Assembly: GCA_045655905.1 (NCBI GenBank)
Contig: JAZOQF010000193.1
Coordinates: 1,102-65,101, forward strand
DNA length: 64,000 bases
Direction: 5' to 3'
From: Acutalibacteraceae bacterium
GTDB taxonomy: Bacteria; Bacillota; Clostridia; Oscillospirales; Acutalibacteraceae
The first letter of the stretch is position 1. Every line of letters starts with the position of its first letter. The notes beneath the pieces are model-generated. The model was not told the origin of the DNA and searched no databases. It saw nothing but the letters and a program-made list of their open reading frames with translations. Positions 24,134-35,459 of this stretch are shown in pieces. A program made the translations under genes and the position numbers.

Positions 24134-27100
24134 ATGGGAGCAAATAACTCCACAACTTATACAATAGACTTTAAAGCCCAATTTGATGATTTAAAAAGGC
24201 TTCAATAGACAATTCAAGGTATTTCTGAAAGTGCAGATTTTAAACTTGATGACAAGCTAAAAGGGCAAATAAGTTCTTTAAAAATGGATTTTGGTAGCGC
24301 AATGCAGTCCTTGGAACAGGATATGCAAAAGGGGCTACTTACTCCTGAAAAAGCGAAGACATATACATCACTTTTTTAGGGGCTAATTACTTAGGCACAG
24401 ACTCTTTAGCAAGACCTTTCAAAAACGAGTTTTGGCGAACAACTTCAAAAAGATATTAAAAAAGTAGATAACCAAATTAGTAATTTAAAGGCAAAAATTG
24501 CAAAAAAGACTGGTACAGAAGGTTATAGACCTGAACTTGATGATCAAGGTAATGCTATTGCTATGCAGGCTACACCGCAGCAATAGGCAAAAACTTGGCA
24601 GAGTCTGACCAGAGGTCAGACAGGTTTTGATACTGCGGCAAAAGCGCAAGAAGCTCTTAACCAGGGACTCGTCGAAGAAGAACGACAAAGACAACTATTA
24701 TTAGAGCTTTTGGAACAATACGACATTCAAGTAAAGAATGATCAAGCCCTTGCTGTATAGACTTATAATGCAAATAAAGATGGTGCAAAAGCAGAAATTG
24801 ATGCCCTGCAAGAGAAAATTCAGCTCAGGGATCAGCTAAAATCTGGAATAGAAGGAACGCCGCAATATCAACAACTTCAAGAACTATCTAAAGCAGCAAC
24901 TGATGCAAAAGTTTCTTTAAGTGCGGCTGCAGATTCCACTGGCGATTTTAATAAACAGCAAAAAAAGACAACTACAACAGTCGAAGACAATACAGAAGAA
25001 CTAAAAAAGAATGCGGATACGACTAAAAAGACTATAGGTCAGGTATTCTCATTCCGAATGGCTTTACAAGCACTTCGTCAACTTTTACAAAGTTCCATTC
25101 AAACTATAAAAGAAATGGATGCCGCGCTTACGAACATGACGGTCGTTACTGACTTAACTCGTAAACAGGCACAAGAACTTACAACAACATTCTCTGCATT
25201 AGCAAAAGAGACAGGTACAACAACAACTGAAATTGCGAATATGACAACTTTGTATTTGCAACAAGGTAAAACACTTGCTGATGCAATTACATTAACTGAA
25301 ACCGCAGCGAAAGCGGCAAAAATCGCAGGTATTAGCGGTCAAGAGTCTATTGACCTTTTGACTAACGCGATGAACGGCTTCCAGTTAAAGGCTGAAGAAG
25401 CTCTTGCAGTTTCTGATAAATTCGCGGCTCTGGCAGCTGCATCTGCAACAGACTACGAGGAAATGGCTACTGCGTTAAGTAAGGTAGCATCTCAGGCAAA
25501 CCTGGCCGGTATGTCTATGGACTTTACTCTGGGTCTGCTTGCAAAAGGTATTGAAACAACTCGAGAAGCGCCTGAAACAATCGGTACCGCGTTAAAAACT
25601 ATCATCGCGCGTATGCGTGAGATTACTGACTATGGTGAAACACTTGAAGATGGCTCTGACATTAACCGAGTTGAAAAAGCACTGGACGTCGTCGGGGTTA
25701 AACTTCGTGATGAGGCCGGTCAGTTTAGAGACCTCGAGTCTGTATTAACCGAGGTTGGTGGAAAATGGGATACATTAACGACTAACCAGCAAGCGAATGT
25801 TGCGGTTGCATTAGCGGGTACTCGTCAGCAGTCTCGTTTGATTGCTATGATGCAGAACTTCGACCGCACACAAGAATTAGTTAATATTTCCATGAATTCT
25901 GCTGGTGCGACAATTGCTCAGCATAGTAAATATATGCAGGGTATGGAAGCGGCCACAAGTAAAATGACCGCGGCATATCAGTAGTTAATTACGAATTTAC
26001 TTAATAGTGACCTTATTATTGGGGTTATTAATACAGCTTCAAGTGCCTTGGAAACATTATCTGAGAACACTTGGATAATTTATACCGCTATGGGAGCGAT
26101 ACTTGCTCTTTCTGGTCCTCTGCTTGCCAATAAGGCAGCTGAGCTGGTACTTACCACAAAAGAAATTGCTCTTAGCGCAATTAGTATTTTTTCTAAAAAA
26201 GCGGAAACAAAAGCAATAAATGAGCAAACTAAGGCAAAACTAGCAGAGACAGTGGCTGAAAAATCGGTCAACGCGGAAAAAGAAAAAGAAATTGCTCTTA
26301 CCACAATATTAAACGCTCTTAAAAACGCGGATCCCATTTACTTTATTGTGGCTGCTGTTGTTGCGCTTGTTGCAGCATATATTATGTTAAATAAAGAGTC
26401 AGAAACGGTTGTTAATTTCATGCAATCTATGAAGAATCTTTTTAGTACTCTCGGACAGATTCTGGGCTCTTTGCTTAATATTGTGATGTCTTTGGTAGAA
26501 GTTATCTTTTAGATCCTTGAACCTGTTTTAGATTTAGTCTTTACCGTTCTTGCTGCAGCATTAGATTATGTTGAGTCTTTACTTAAACCAGTAATGTTGC
26601 TTATAAATGTTATAGCAAAACTTGTTGAGGGTTTTGTTAATTTCAGCAGCTAGCTGATTGATGGCTTTAAAAACTTTTTAAATGACCTTGGTTTAACCGA
26701 AGATGTTTTAGAAAGAATATTTTTATTTATTATGTCTTTTGCTACTGGCAACATTTTTGGTATATTATCCGCAATTTTTGGCCCTGAAGAATTTGAAAAG
26801 CAGATGGACGAAGCTCTGGAAGCAATTGAAGAGTTCTTTATGACCAGCGAACAAAAAGTTGAGAAGTATGCTGACAATATTGTAAAAGCACAAGAAAAAA
26901 TTTATGCAGCGAATGAAACTAAAAAAACCTTAGACCCCCTGCTTGATGAATACGATGAGTTAAGTAAAAAAGCTAATAAAACCACAGAAGATTTTGAGAG
27001 ACTTAAAGAAATCGAACAGTCTATCGGCGAAATTGAGGGCGGCAAATTTAAGCGAGAAGATGGCACTGTAGATTTTGAGGCTGCTGCATAGGCCTTAGAA

Positions 27101-29272
27101 GATGCCGATACCATTATTAAAGACAACACTGCCGTAGCTTATAGAGAAGCTCAAGCCGCACAAAAACTTCTTAAAAAAGGGACAAAAGCATCAGCAGAAA
27201 CAATAAAAACAATCAAATCTGGTATTTCTCAAAAATGGTTACAAGACACTCTTGGCAGCGAACTTGAAGAAAATATCAAGGCAAATGTTATTAGTGGTTT
27301 TGAAGCTGCTATGAAACAATTGAGCGAAGAGCAACTTGCTACTTTTACTGAAGACGACCAAAAGAAACTTTATGATGGTATTGTAGAAATGCAAGAAATT
27401 CTTGCAGATCAAGATGCCGAATTGATAGATAAACTTGAAGTTTATGAAAAACATTTGGCAGAAATGCCGGATGAAGCTCGAGATGCTTTTAAGGCTATTT
27501 ACTAGTCTTATGCAAATTATAGCGACTTAATTGGTACAATAGGGTCGCAGGCTGGAAAGAAGGAAGCCTTTGACTCGATAGCCAAACTTGGTCTAAGCTC
27601 CACCTCTTATGAAGAAATGCAGAGCAAATGGCTTGAAGGAGATGAAAATCGCACAAAAGAGCAGTTTGATGAAATTCTTGGGAGCATCCTCGCAAAAGGC
27701 GGTTCGAGAGAAGAAATGGTAGCTGCACTTCTTCAAGTTGCTGGCGCAGGCGAAGATAACCAAGAAATTCGTAACGCTTTTGAAAAAAATCTTACTAAAG
27801 GTCAGCAAAATGCGATAGAAGAATTAACAAAAGCAGTGTCTAAATCTGACAATATAATGGAGCTTCAAGAAAAGATGCTTACCGGCGGACTTTCTGCCGA
27901 AGAGTTGCGTTAGATTGGCCAAGATTATGAAGACATTCTCGGTGTTGATAACAACTGGGAAAAATTCCAAAAAGGCGAGCTGACCCGACAGGACTTAATC
28001 AATTAGGCGCGTGCAAAAACTATTGAAGAACTTAAGATAGAATTGCAATTTGCCAAAGCAAATGGTGAAGCAGACTCTTTTAGAGTTTAGATTTTGGAGC
28101 AAGAATTAGAGCAACTTAAATACGCCCATCTTTACGCTACAGAGCTTTGGAAACAATATTACAATCAGACTGAAGAACAAAAGCGTCAAATTCGCATTAC
28201 TGCAGAGCTTGAACGCGCGCAGAAAGATTATGAAAAAGCCGCAACTAAATCTGCAAAAACACGAATTGCTCTTTTACATGAGCAGCACGCATTGTATCAA
28301 GCACAAATTGCAGATGCTGAAGCACTGCTCAATAATGAAAATTATTTAACGGCTCTTGAGAGAGGCGCTGTCGAAATTGTTAATGGTGAAATTATCATTG
28401 ACCAAGAAGCGTTAAAACAAGATCCGGATGCTCCTTGGGTAGCTTGGGTAAGTGATTATTAGGACTTACTTAAAGAAGCCTATAATACAGTTAAAGAAGC
28501 TAAAGAAGCTCAAGAAGCGCTTATCGAAGAATACAAATCAATTCTTCAGGAACAGTATGAAAGAGAGAAGGCAGCATGGGAAAAGTTGCAAACTTCTTTT
28601 GATGAATATTGGGAGAAGATTGATAAGAGAGATGAAGAAGTCGAATATATAGAGAATCGCGAATCTTTGTTAAGACAAATTTCTGCAGCATCAGGCGGGT
28701 CTGATACAGCAAGTAAGACCTTGCGCAAAGACTTATTGCAAAAATTGCAAGAGCTGAATGAAGAAGAGCAAGACAGACGTCGTGAAGATATGCGCGATGA
28801 TGTGCAAAAGAGAATTGAAGACCATGTGGCTAGCATTGATAAAAAAATTGAGGCTATCCCTGGACTTAATTTAGCACAGACATTAAAAGAACTTGGCGCA
28901 GAAGCGCTTGGTGAAATTACTTTTGTTTATGGCGAAAGAGGTCACGGAACAATTCTTTCAGATGGCAAACAAGTAACCGCCTTTGCGAGTGGTGGTCTCG
29001 TAGATTATACTGGTCCTGCATGGGTTGATGGTACCAAACGCAATCCTGAAGCATTCCTTAGCGCAACAGATACAGCACTTATTCAAAGGCTTGTAAACAG
29101 TCTCTATGAAGAAGGCACCGCAGTTGGAGGCGTAACAATTACGAATTTGAATATTCACACAGATCATTTGGATAATAATCAAGATTTTGCTAACGCCGGC
29201 AGATTTCTTGCAGAAGAATTTAAGAAGGCAATGGATAAACGGGGGATAAGACGAAATGCCAGCAATAAATAA
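24134..29272 (+). CDS. tail tape measure protein (1712 aa)
   Basis: ATG 24134 after a GAGGTGG RBS. Seven same-frame track ORFs are joined through 15 TAG (24206, 24377, 24392, 24407, 24584, 24758, 25982, 26510, 26651, 27089, 27503, 27911, 28004, 28088, 28460). The core resembles the TP901-type tape measure region (TGTTTTEIANMTTLYLQQGKTLADAI...NAMNGF), followed by transmembrane segments and coiled coils. Confidence 0.8.
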
Positions 29273-30569
29273 TGTTTATGGTTATGTTGATAATTATATG
29301 TATTTCTCTTTTGCGGGAAAACATTCAAGTCAATATAATCTGTTTATGATTAATGAGGGAGAAGATTTACAATTTTATAGTGATCTTTCTTCTTCAAGCG
29401 ATTATACATCCCCTGCATTTTAGGAAGTAACATATCATCTTGGTACATATAATACACAAAAGACAATATCAAAGAGATGCGCGGCGAAGGGTCTTTCCTT
29501 CGCTGCGTGCCAAGATATGTTGAAGTGGTTAAAACCAGGCACAACAGGTATATTAGTTTTTGATAACAATCCTTATTGGGGGTATACCGTTGTTTTGGAA
29601 AGTGTTTCTGATACAACTTTTTATACCGCAGAAGAAGGATATATTATTGAATTTGAGTTGAATTTTAAGACAATTGGAAAATACTATGCGACAGGAATTC
29701 GCACCCCTTATTTAGACGATCTTTCTTTGGGGGACGAAAATGATTACAATCCTTATAGAGCTTCTTTGGCGAATGAATATGGAATTATTGAAATAGTAAG
29801 CACAGATTTAATAGAAAGTTATGCAGACGATGTCTCGGAAGAACCTGAAAAAGAGCCTAATAAAATTGTCCTTTATCTATGTCCTATTGCGAATGAATAT
29901 ATGTTCTTTAATTTAAAAGATTTCAATTTTGTGGGCTTAATTGACGACGAGCGGACATATATTATTGAACTCTCTGTTGATGACGAAATTGTAGCCCATT
30001 ATGAATTTAAATTTTCGAATAATGCACAAAAAGACAGTTCTCTAACTTTGTCTTATTACGGAGAGAATGGCCTTTGGATTTCCGAGGGTGAAGTTTCAAA
30101 TGTTATCTTTGAAAAGAGTTTAAAAGAAAATGAATTAGTATATGGTTATACTTCTCCTGTTAAAATCTCTTGCACCCCCCCTCGGACTATTAATAATGAT
30201 AATGATTTTAATAGCCTTTTCCTAAGTAGCGAAGAACAAGCAGAAGATTGTTACCACAGAGCTGTGTTTAAGAGTATAGCAGTACACAAACCAGCGACTT
30301 ATTGGGATGAGCAGGACAGTGTATTTGACTGTTGGTTCTCTTCTGACACAACTATTTATGACGAAATTTCTTATCAGGAACCAATAGATTCTGCACAAGT
30401 CACATTTGACGGAGTAGGTTCTCCAGAAGGCCCTTAGATTATTACTGCAGGCTATGCAAATAAAATCGTTCTCTCTATTAAAGAAAATGTTCCAGATGGC
30501 AAAGAGGAAAGTGCAGAATTAGCAATCAAAGGAGGTTCTGTTGAAGTTTATCGCTTCAACACGATTTAA
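29256..30569 (+). CDS. distal tail protein (Dit-like) (437 aa)
   Basis: ATG 29256 is in frame with track ORF 29517-30437. TAG at 29421 and 30435, TAA at 30567. Siphovirus Dit-like N-terminus and position after the tape measure gene. Confidence 0.6.
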
Positions 30570-30571
30570 GT

Positions 30572-32878
30572 ATGAAGAGTTTTAAACTTTATATTAAAAA
30601 AGGACGCTCACGTATTCTTGTTACAGAATTTGACAACCTCAAGCATGAAAGCTATTTTAACGCACTTTCGACTTTTGACGAAAATCTTTCTTGCGAAGAG
30701 AACGATAAATATCAATTAACTTTTTCACTTTCAAAAACTATCCCGTAGATTGGCAAAAGTGGAGAAATGGAATATGCTCTCAACCCATATTTTCCGCTTT
30801 TGTCCTTCGGGGCAAAAATTATTCTTGAACTCGATGAACTTGATGAAATTGAGTTTGTTATAACGGGTATTTCGCCAAAAACAGGCAAAAACGGAGCAAT
30901 TTTAGAATATACCGCGCAAGATTCTTTGTCTTATCAGTGGAGTCGTCGCAGACTCGGTTATTCTTACACCAACAGTTTTGCTGATGATGAAAATGCTCCT
31001 GGTCCTGAAACGATATATGAAATTGCGCGAAAAGTTATTGATGAAACATATATGTGGATTGACGGCTGGTCTTTGGCCACTGTCCCAGATGATAATTTGT
31101 CAAAAGAAAAATTTACTTTATCTGTTTAGGATAGTAACCCATATAATGTGTTAATTGAGGCTTGCACTACAATAAATGCGTACATGAAAGTAGATTTTAG
31201 ACAAAAGAAAATTTCTTTTATTCGCAAAGATACTATCCCATTTTCTGGCTATCGTTTTAGGCCTGATGTCAATATGGTTGATTTTAAGCCTGACTTTTCA
31301 GCTGATGATATGGTAACCGTACTTCATGTAAAGGGCGCCGAAAATGAATATGGCGAGGTTCTATCTCTTGTTCCCGCGATTCCTGAGGCTATTGAAATGT
31401 GGTTAACAGACCATAAAACAGATTGGATGGAACGGAACATTGACGAAGTCTTTTCAGAGACAGACCAGACCGGTAAGGAAACTCAATATACTTTTTGGGA
31501 ATGGATTGAAAAAGAGTCCACAAAAGAATGTCTTTGGCAAATAGTGGATTCGCTGTCTTCAAATTTGGATCCTGACTATTTAACAGAAGAAAAGAAAAAG
31601 GAATACGATAAACAGGTAAAATTGATGAAGGACTTTACTACTATTGCTAATAAAGTCCCCTATCTCGGCCAATTTATTATTAATCTTGACTTTTTTAAAC
31701 ATTGTGGCGAAATTTTAGATGCAGAAAAAGGGTCTTTGGACAATGTTCTTAAATAGATGCGAAATTGCAATGTGTTTTTAAGATTTTATAATGCTTTAAA
31801 ATATAAATTATTAAGTAATATAGGCCTACAGCTTGTTAAAGTAGAAGAATATGCTTTTCAAATTAAAACAACTGAAGAAGCCATTGCAGAAGCTGAAGAG
31901 ACTATTAAAGAATATGAAGGCAATGAAAATCAATGGGCTTTGCTTGAGCAAGCAAGAGAAAATAAAAGAGTAGCAGAAGAGACAAAAGCATAGGCCATCG
32001 CAGATTTTGATATGTCGATGAAAGACTTGATCGCCTTATTAAAGGAATTTTATGGCTTTGCGGTAAGCGTCGGGACAAAAAGTTGTCCGGAATATGACCA
32101 TTATGTCTCAAGACTCTCCGCTTATAAAGAACTTCTAAAAGATTGGGAAAGGCAGGCTCGCATCGCCCGAAAAAAATATGGCGATATATTGAAGCAGGGT
32201 TAGGTTGATAGTTTAGTAATATACCATTGGAAACAAAAAGTTGCTGAAGCAGAACAATCTGTTAAAGATTATAATAGATATATTGCAGCATACAATCTCA
32301 TACTTGATGGAATAGATGTGATAGAAGGCGGAAAGCCATATACAAAAGTTAAAGGATGGAATGATTATAGCGGAGAGTAGACTTTTGAAATTACTATTAA
32401 TCAGCGCATTTCCGAACTTGAAAAACAATCTGCTTTAATTTGGCGCACATTCTACGTTCTCTTTGGTGATTACATTATTGAGGGTGAATATTCTGACGAT
32501 ACAGAAATAGATTCTATAAGTTTGTTTAACCAAGCAATTTCCCATTTTGAGTCTTTGCATCATCCAATTCAAAATTATAGTTTTGAGGCTCTTGACCTTT
32601 CAATCCTTGAACCTATCGCAATTCCTCGGCTTAGCGTTGGTAGTAAAATTAAAGTTTTTGACCCTATGATTAATTTAGGCGAAAAGCTTCTTTATGACGA
32701 CGAAGGCAATGTTGCTGGTATTGAGGCTACCCTTAACGACATTTCTTATACAAACTATGATATGACAGTTTCTTCGTTGTCTTACCCATTACGAAATGCG
32801 GAAAAAGTGTCTATCTCGATTGAGCAAATTATACCTTATCAAATTCTGCTGGAAAAGATGATAATGCAGGTTAAATAA
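30572..32878 (+). CDS. tail-associated (Tal / minor structural) protein (768 aa)
   Basis: ATG 30572 plus five same-frame track ORFs, with TAG at 30746, 31127, 31754, 31991, 32201 and 32378. Prophage-tail-like N-terminal region and a TAA stop. Confidence 0.6.
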
Positions 32879-32880
32879 TA

Positions 32881-32914
32881 AAAAAGAAGAGGAGACTTAA
32901 CATCTCCTCTTTTT
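32881..32914. terminator. bidirectional intrinsic terminator between convergent operons
   Basis: A5-AGAGGAGA-7 nt-TCTCCTCT-T4, between Tal (ends 32878) and RuvC (ends 32918). Confidence 0.8.
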
Positions 32915-32917
32915 CCA

Positions 32918-33625
32918 TTAAAAAAGTTTCTGGGGCGTTTTTTCTTTCATTTTGTCTGCCGCATATTTTCCAATTAAAATTGCTTCTGCAACATCATCAC
33001 TAACTTTTACACCGTACATTTTCTAAACAAGTTCAACAGCCTTCATTTTTTCTTCAATGCGTTTTTTGCCGTCAATCATAAAATGTTTACGCCAAACCTT
33101 GCTTAAAACAAGGTCAAAAGCAATATTGTTTTCTCTTGCCGCAGTTACGGAGCTGCCCAAGAGCATAGACAAAACCTTAAAAACATAAACATTATTCTAC
33201 TGCTAAATGTCTTCGAACATAATAAAATCTGGTCGCCATTTTTTAATAATTTCATTTACTAAAAAGTGTCTATTTTTTACAATTCGGTCTATCGTTTCAC
33301 CATAAAATCTATACAAATTATAATAAACTAGCTTTCCGTTATCAAAAACTGACACACCCATGTTTTCTGTTGCATTATCAATAGCCACAAGTCGATGACC
33401 AATTTTTACGGGAATTTCGTCACGCAATCTCGAACTATCTTCTCCCGCGCATTCCTGACAACAGAAACGAGCATCTCGTATAGTTCTGTAATTGGCTTCT
33501 GTCTTGTGTCCTTTTGAGCATTGCAGTCTTAAAATGGTATCCAAATTTTTATATTCATCAACATTCTCGCAAGAAAAACCTTTTTCGCCCAGTGTCTTTA
33601 AAATTTCTTCTTTAGATATTCTCAT
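32918..33625 (-). CDS. ruvC: RuvC-like Holliday junction resolvase with N-terminal zinc ribbon (235 aa)
   Basis: Track ORF 33203-33625 continues through TAG 33203, 33197 and 33023 to TAA 32918. Motifs LVAIDNATENMG, FMFEDI-TAG-Q-TAG-NN and DDVAEAILIGKYA match the phage RuvC layout. Confidence 0.7.
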
Positions 33626-33801
33626 TTTCTCAGTTGTGCAAGCTATTGGAAGTCCGAAATCGCGGCCAAGAGCTCTGCATTAATATTAGTCATGCAGCTC
33701 AAAACTCGCAGTATTTCAGCATTCAGGCGGTCAATTCTCTCCTGTCCGCAAGTTGCAAAATTTGTTAATTGTAATTCTCTTAATAGAGTTTGTTCATCCA
33801 T
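33622..33801 (-). CDS. small hypothetical protein (59 aa)
   Basis: ATG 33801, TAG 33643, and an ATGA overlap with the ruvC start. My translation begins MDEQTLLRELQLTNFATCGQERIDRLNAEILR... Confidence 0.4.
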
Positions 33802-33804
33802 AGA

Positions 33805-34344
33805 TTAAAACCCCACATCTTCTTCCTGTCCTTTCATACAGGAGTAAATTTGAATAAGAGCAGCGGCGTCACTTAATGCGCTATGCGCTTCATATTCAAT
33901 ATCATAAAAAGCAGCAATAGTTCCTTGTTTTAAATTGGGGACACTAATTTCTCCAGCCTTGTTCATTCTGCGCGCGAGAGCAAGTGTGTCAATAACATCA
34001 TACTGCGGCAGTTTTGTGCCGTATCTCTCACATTTTGCGTTAATAAAACTAAGGTCGAATGATTTGCAGTTATGCCCAATAATAGTGATATTGCGCTTTT
34101 GACTCAACCATTCTGTAAAGTCAAACAACACCTCTTTTTCGGAACGACAATTGCGCAGAGCCTCATTTGTAATACCTGTCAATTCGGTAATTTTAGGCGG
34201 TACTTTTCTGCCAGGCTTAATGTATTCGTGGAACTGGTCGATAATTTCGCCCGTGCTTGGATCATACTCTATCGCCGCAATTTCGATTATATAGTCCCAA
34301 TCTCTACTAAAGCCTGTAGTTTCAATATCTAAATAAATTTCCAT
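33805..34344 (-). CDS. DnaQ-like DEDDh 3'-5' exonuclease (179 aa)
   Basis: Track ORF with motifs LDIETTG, GHNCKSFDLSF and HSALSDAAAL. Confidence 0.85.
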   Translation of the reverse strand: MEIYLDIETTGFSRDWDYIIEIAAIEYDPSTGEIIDQFHEYIKPGRKVPPKITELTGITNEALRNCRSEKEVLFDFTEWLSQKRNITIIGHNCKSFDLSFINAKCERYGTKLPQYDVIDTLALARRMNKAGEISVPNLKQGTIAAFYDIEYEAHSALSDAAALIQIYSCMKGQEEDVGF

Positions 34345-34346
34345 TT

Positions 34347-35459
34347 TTACTCCTTATACAATAAGTTTAAATATTCCTAAATATTCTGTTTATTAATCAA
34401 ATTTGAATTTAAAGTTTCATATCCCCATTGGGTAAAAACAAATTCACTATAGTTATCGTATTTTCCACTGGCAATAATAGATAGTAGAAAATCTATATTT
34501 GGGTTATCCCATTTTGAAGGATTGTTTAGTATATTGTACCAAAAAATTCCTTCAGTCTGTGTTTTGTGATGGGTAATAAACTCGACATAACTTAATTTAT
34601 GGCAATATCGAGTCCAATATTCAAGAAGAGTGTTACCACCATTTCCCGCAATTATCACACACCGCAGCTTTGCCCTTTTAAAATTATGGATAATTTCCAG
34701 ACACCTGCAAAAATCAAAGTCCCATTCTTGTACGAGTCTTCCTTTTATTGGCACAAAACCCAAATCACTTTTGGTCTTTTGCCGCAATTTCGTTAGAAAC
34801 TCTATAATTGGTTTACTGTCTTTTGCTTCTGAGCCGTAGTCATTTCTCCACTTAAAGAGCGTTCCTTTACTAAAATGTAAGTCTAAAAATTTTTGTTGAA
34901 TTTCTATATTATTGATTATTTTTTCAAGCGAAATCGGATGTAAAAAAGCTATATTTTTCTCTTCTTTTAAGACTTCTAAACAAAATAAAATTTCTTTTTC
35001 TTCGTGTTGCCAAAAGTCTTTATCAGTCACAAGTGTTTTCTTATGGTACTTGCGTGTGCTATGAAAGTCTTGGCGTTTTTTTATTAGTTGTCCATTAACA
35101 TAAAAATTAATAAAATGAGCGTTAGAATAGGCATTTTTCTCTTCCTCTGGATACAATAAATAGTCAGGTCGACATCCTGCAATTACCTTGTTCAATTTGA
35201 AAGTTTTAAAAAACTTAAATCCTTCGCCAACTAAAAATACATTCTCTTTGTCAATGATGCTGCGCGGAGGCATTTTTCCTTTTTCTGATGCTTTAAAAAT
35301 ATACATCACATCAAAATCCATCAGTATATGAGCTTCTTCTTGCACAAAATTAATTTGTGCGCCTTTTTGCTTATAAAAAGAAGACATCTTCATACAATCA
35401 ATGTTAGGAATGCTGCCTCGCGCGTAATACCAATCGACATCCCACAATGTCACCAACAT
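34347..35459 (-). CDS. hypothetical protein (370 aa)
   Basis: Track ORF 34377-35459 reads through TAG 34377 for 9 more codons to TAA 34347. TAATG overlap with the polymerase gene. Confidence 0.6.
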
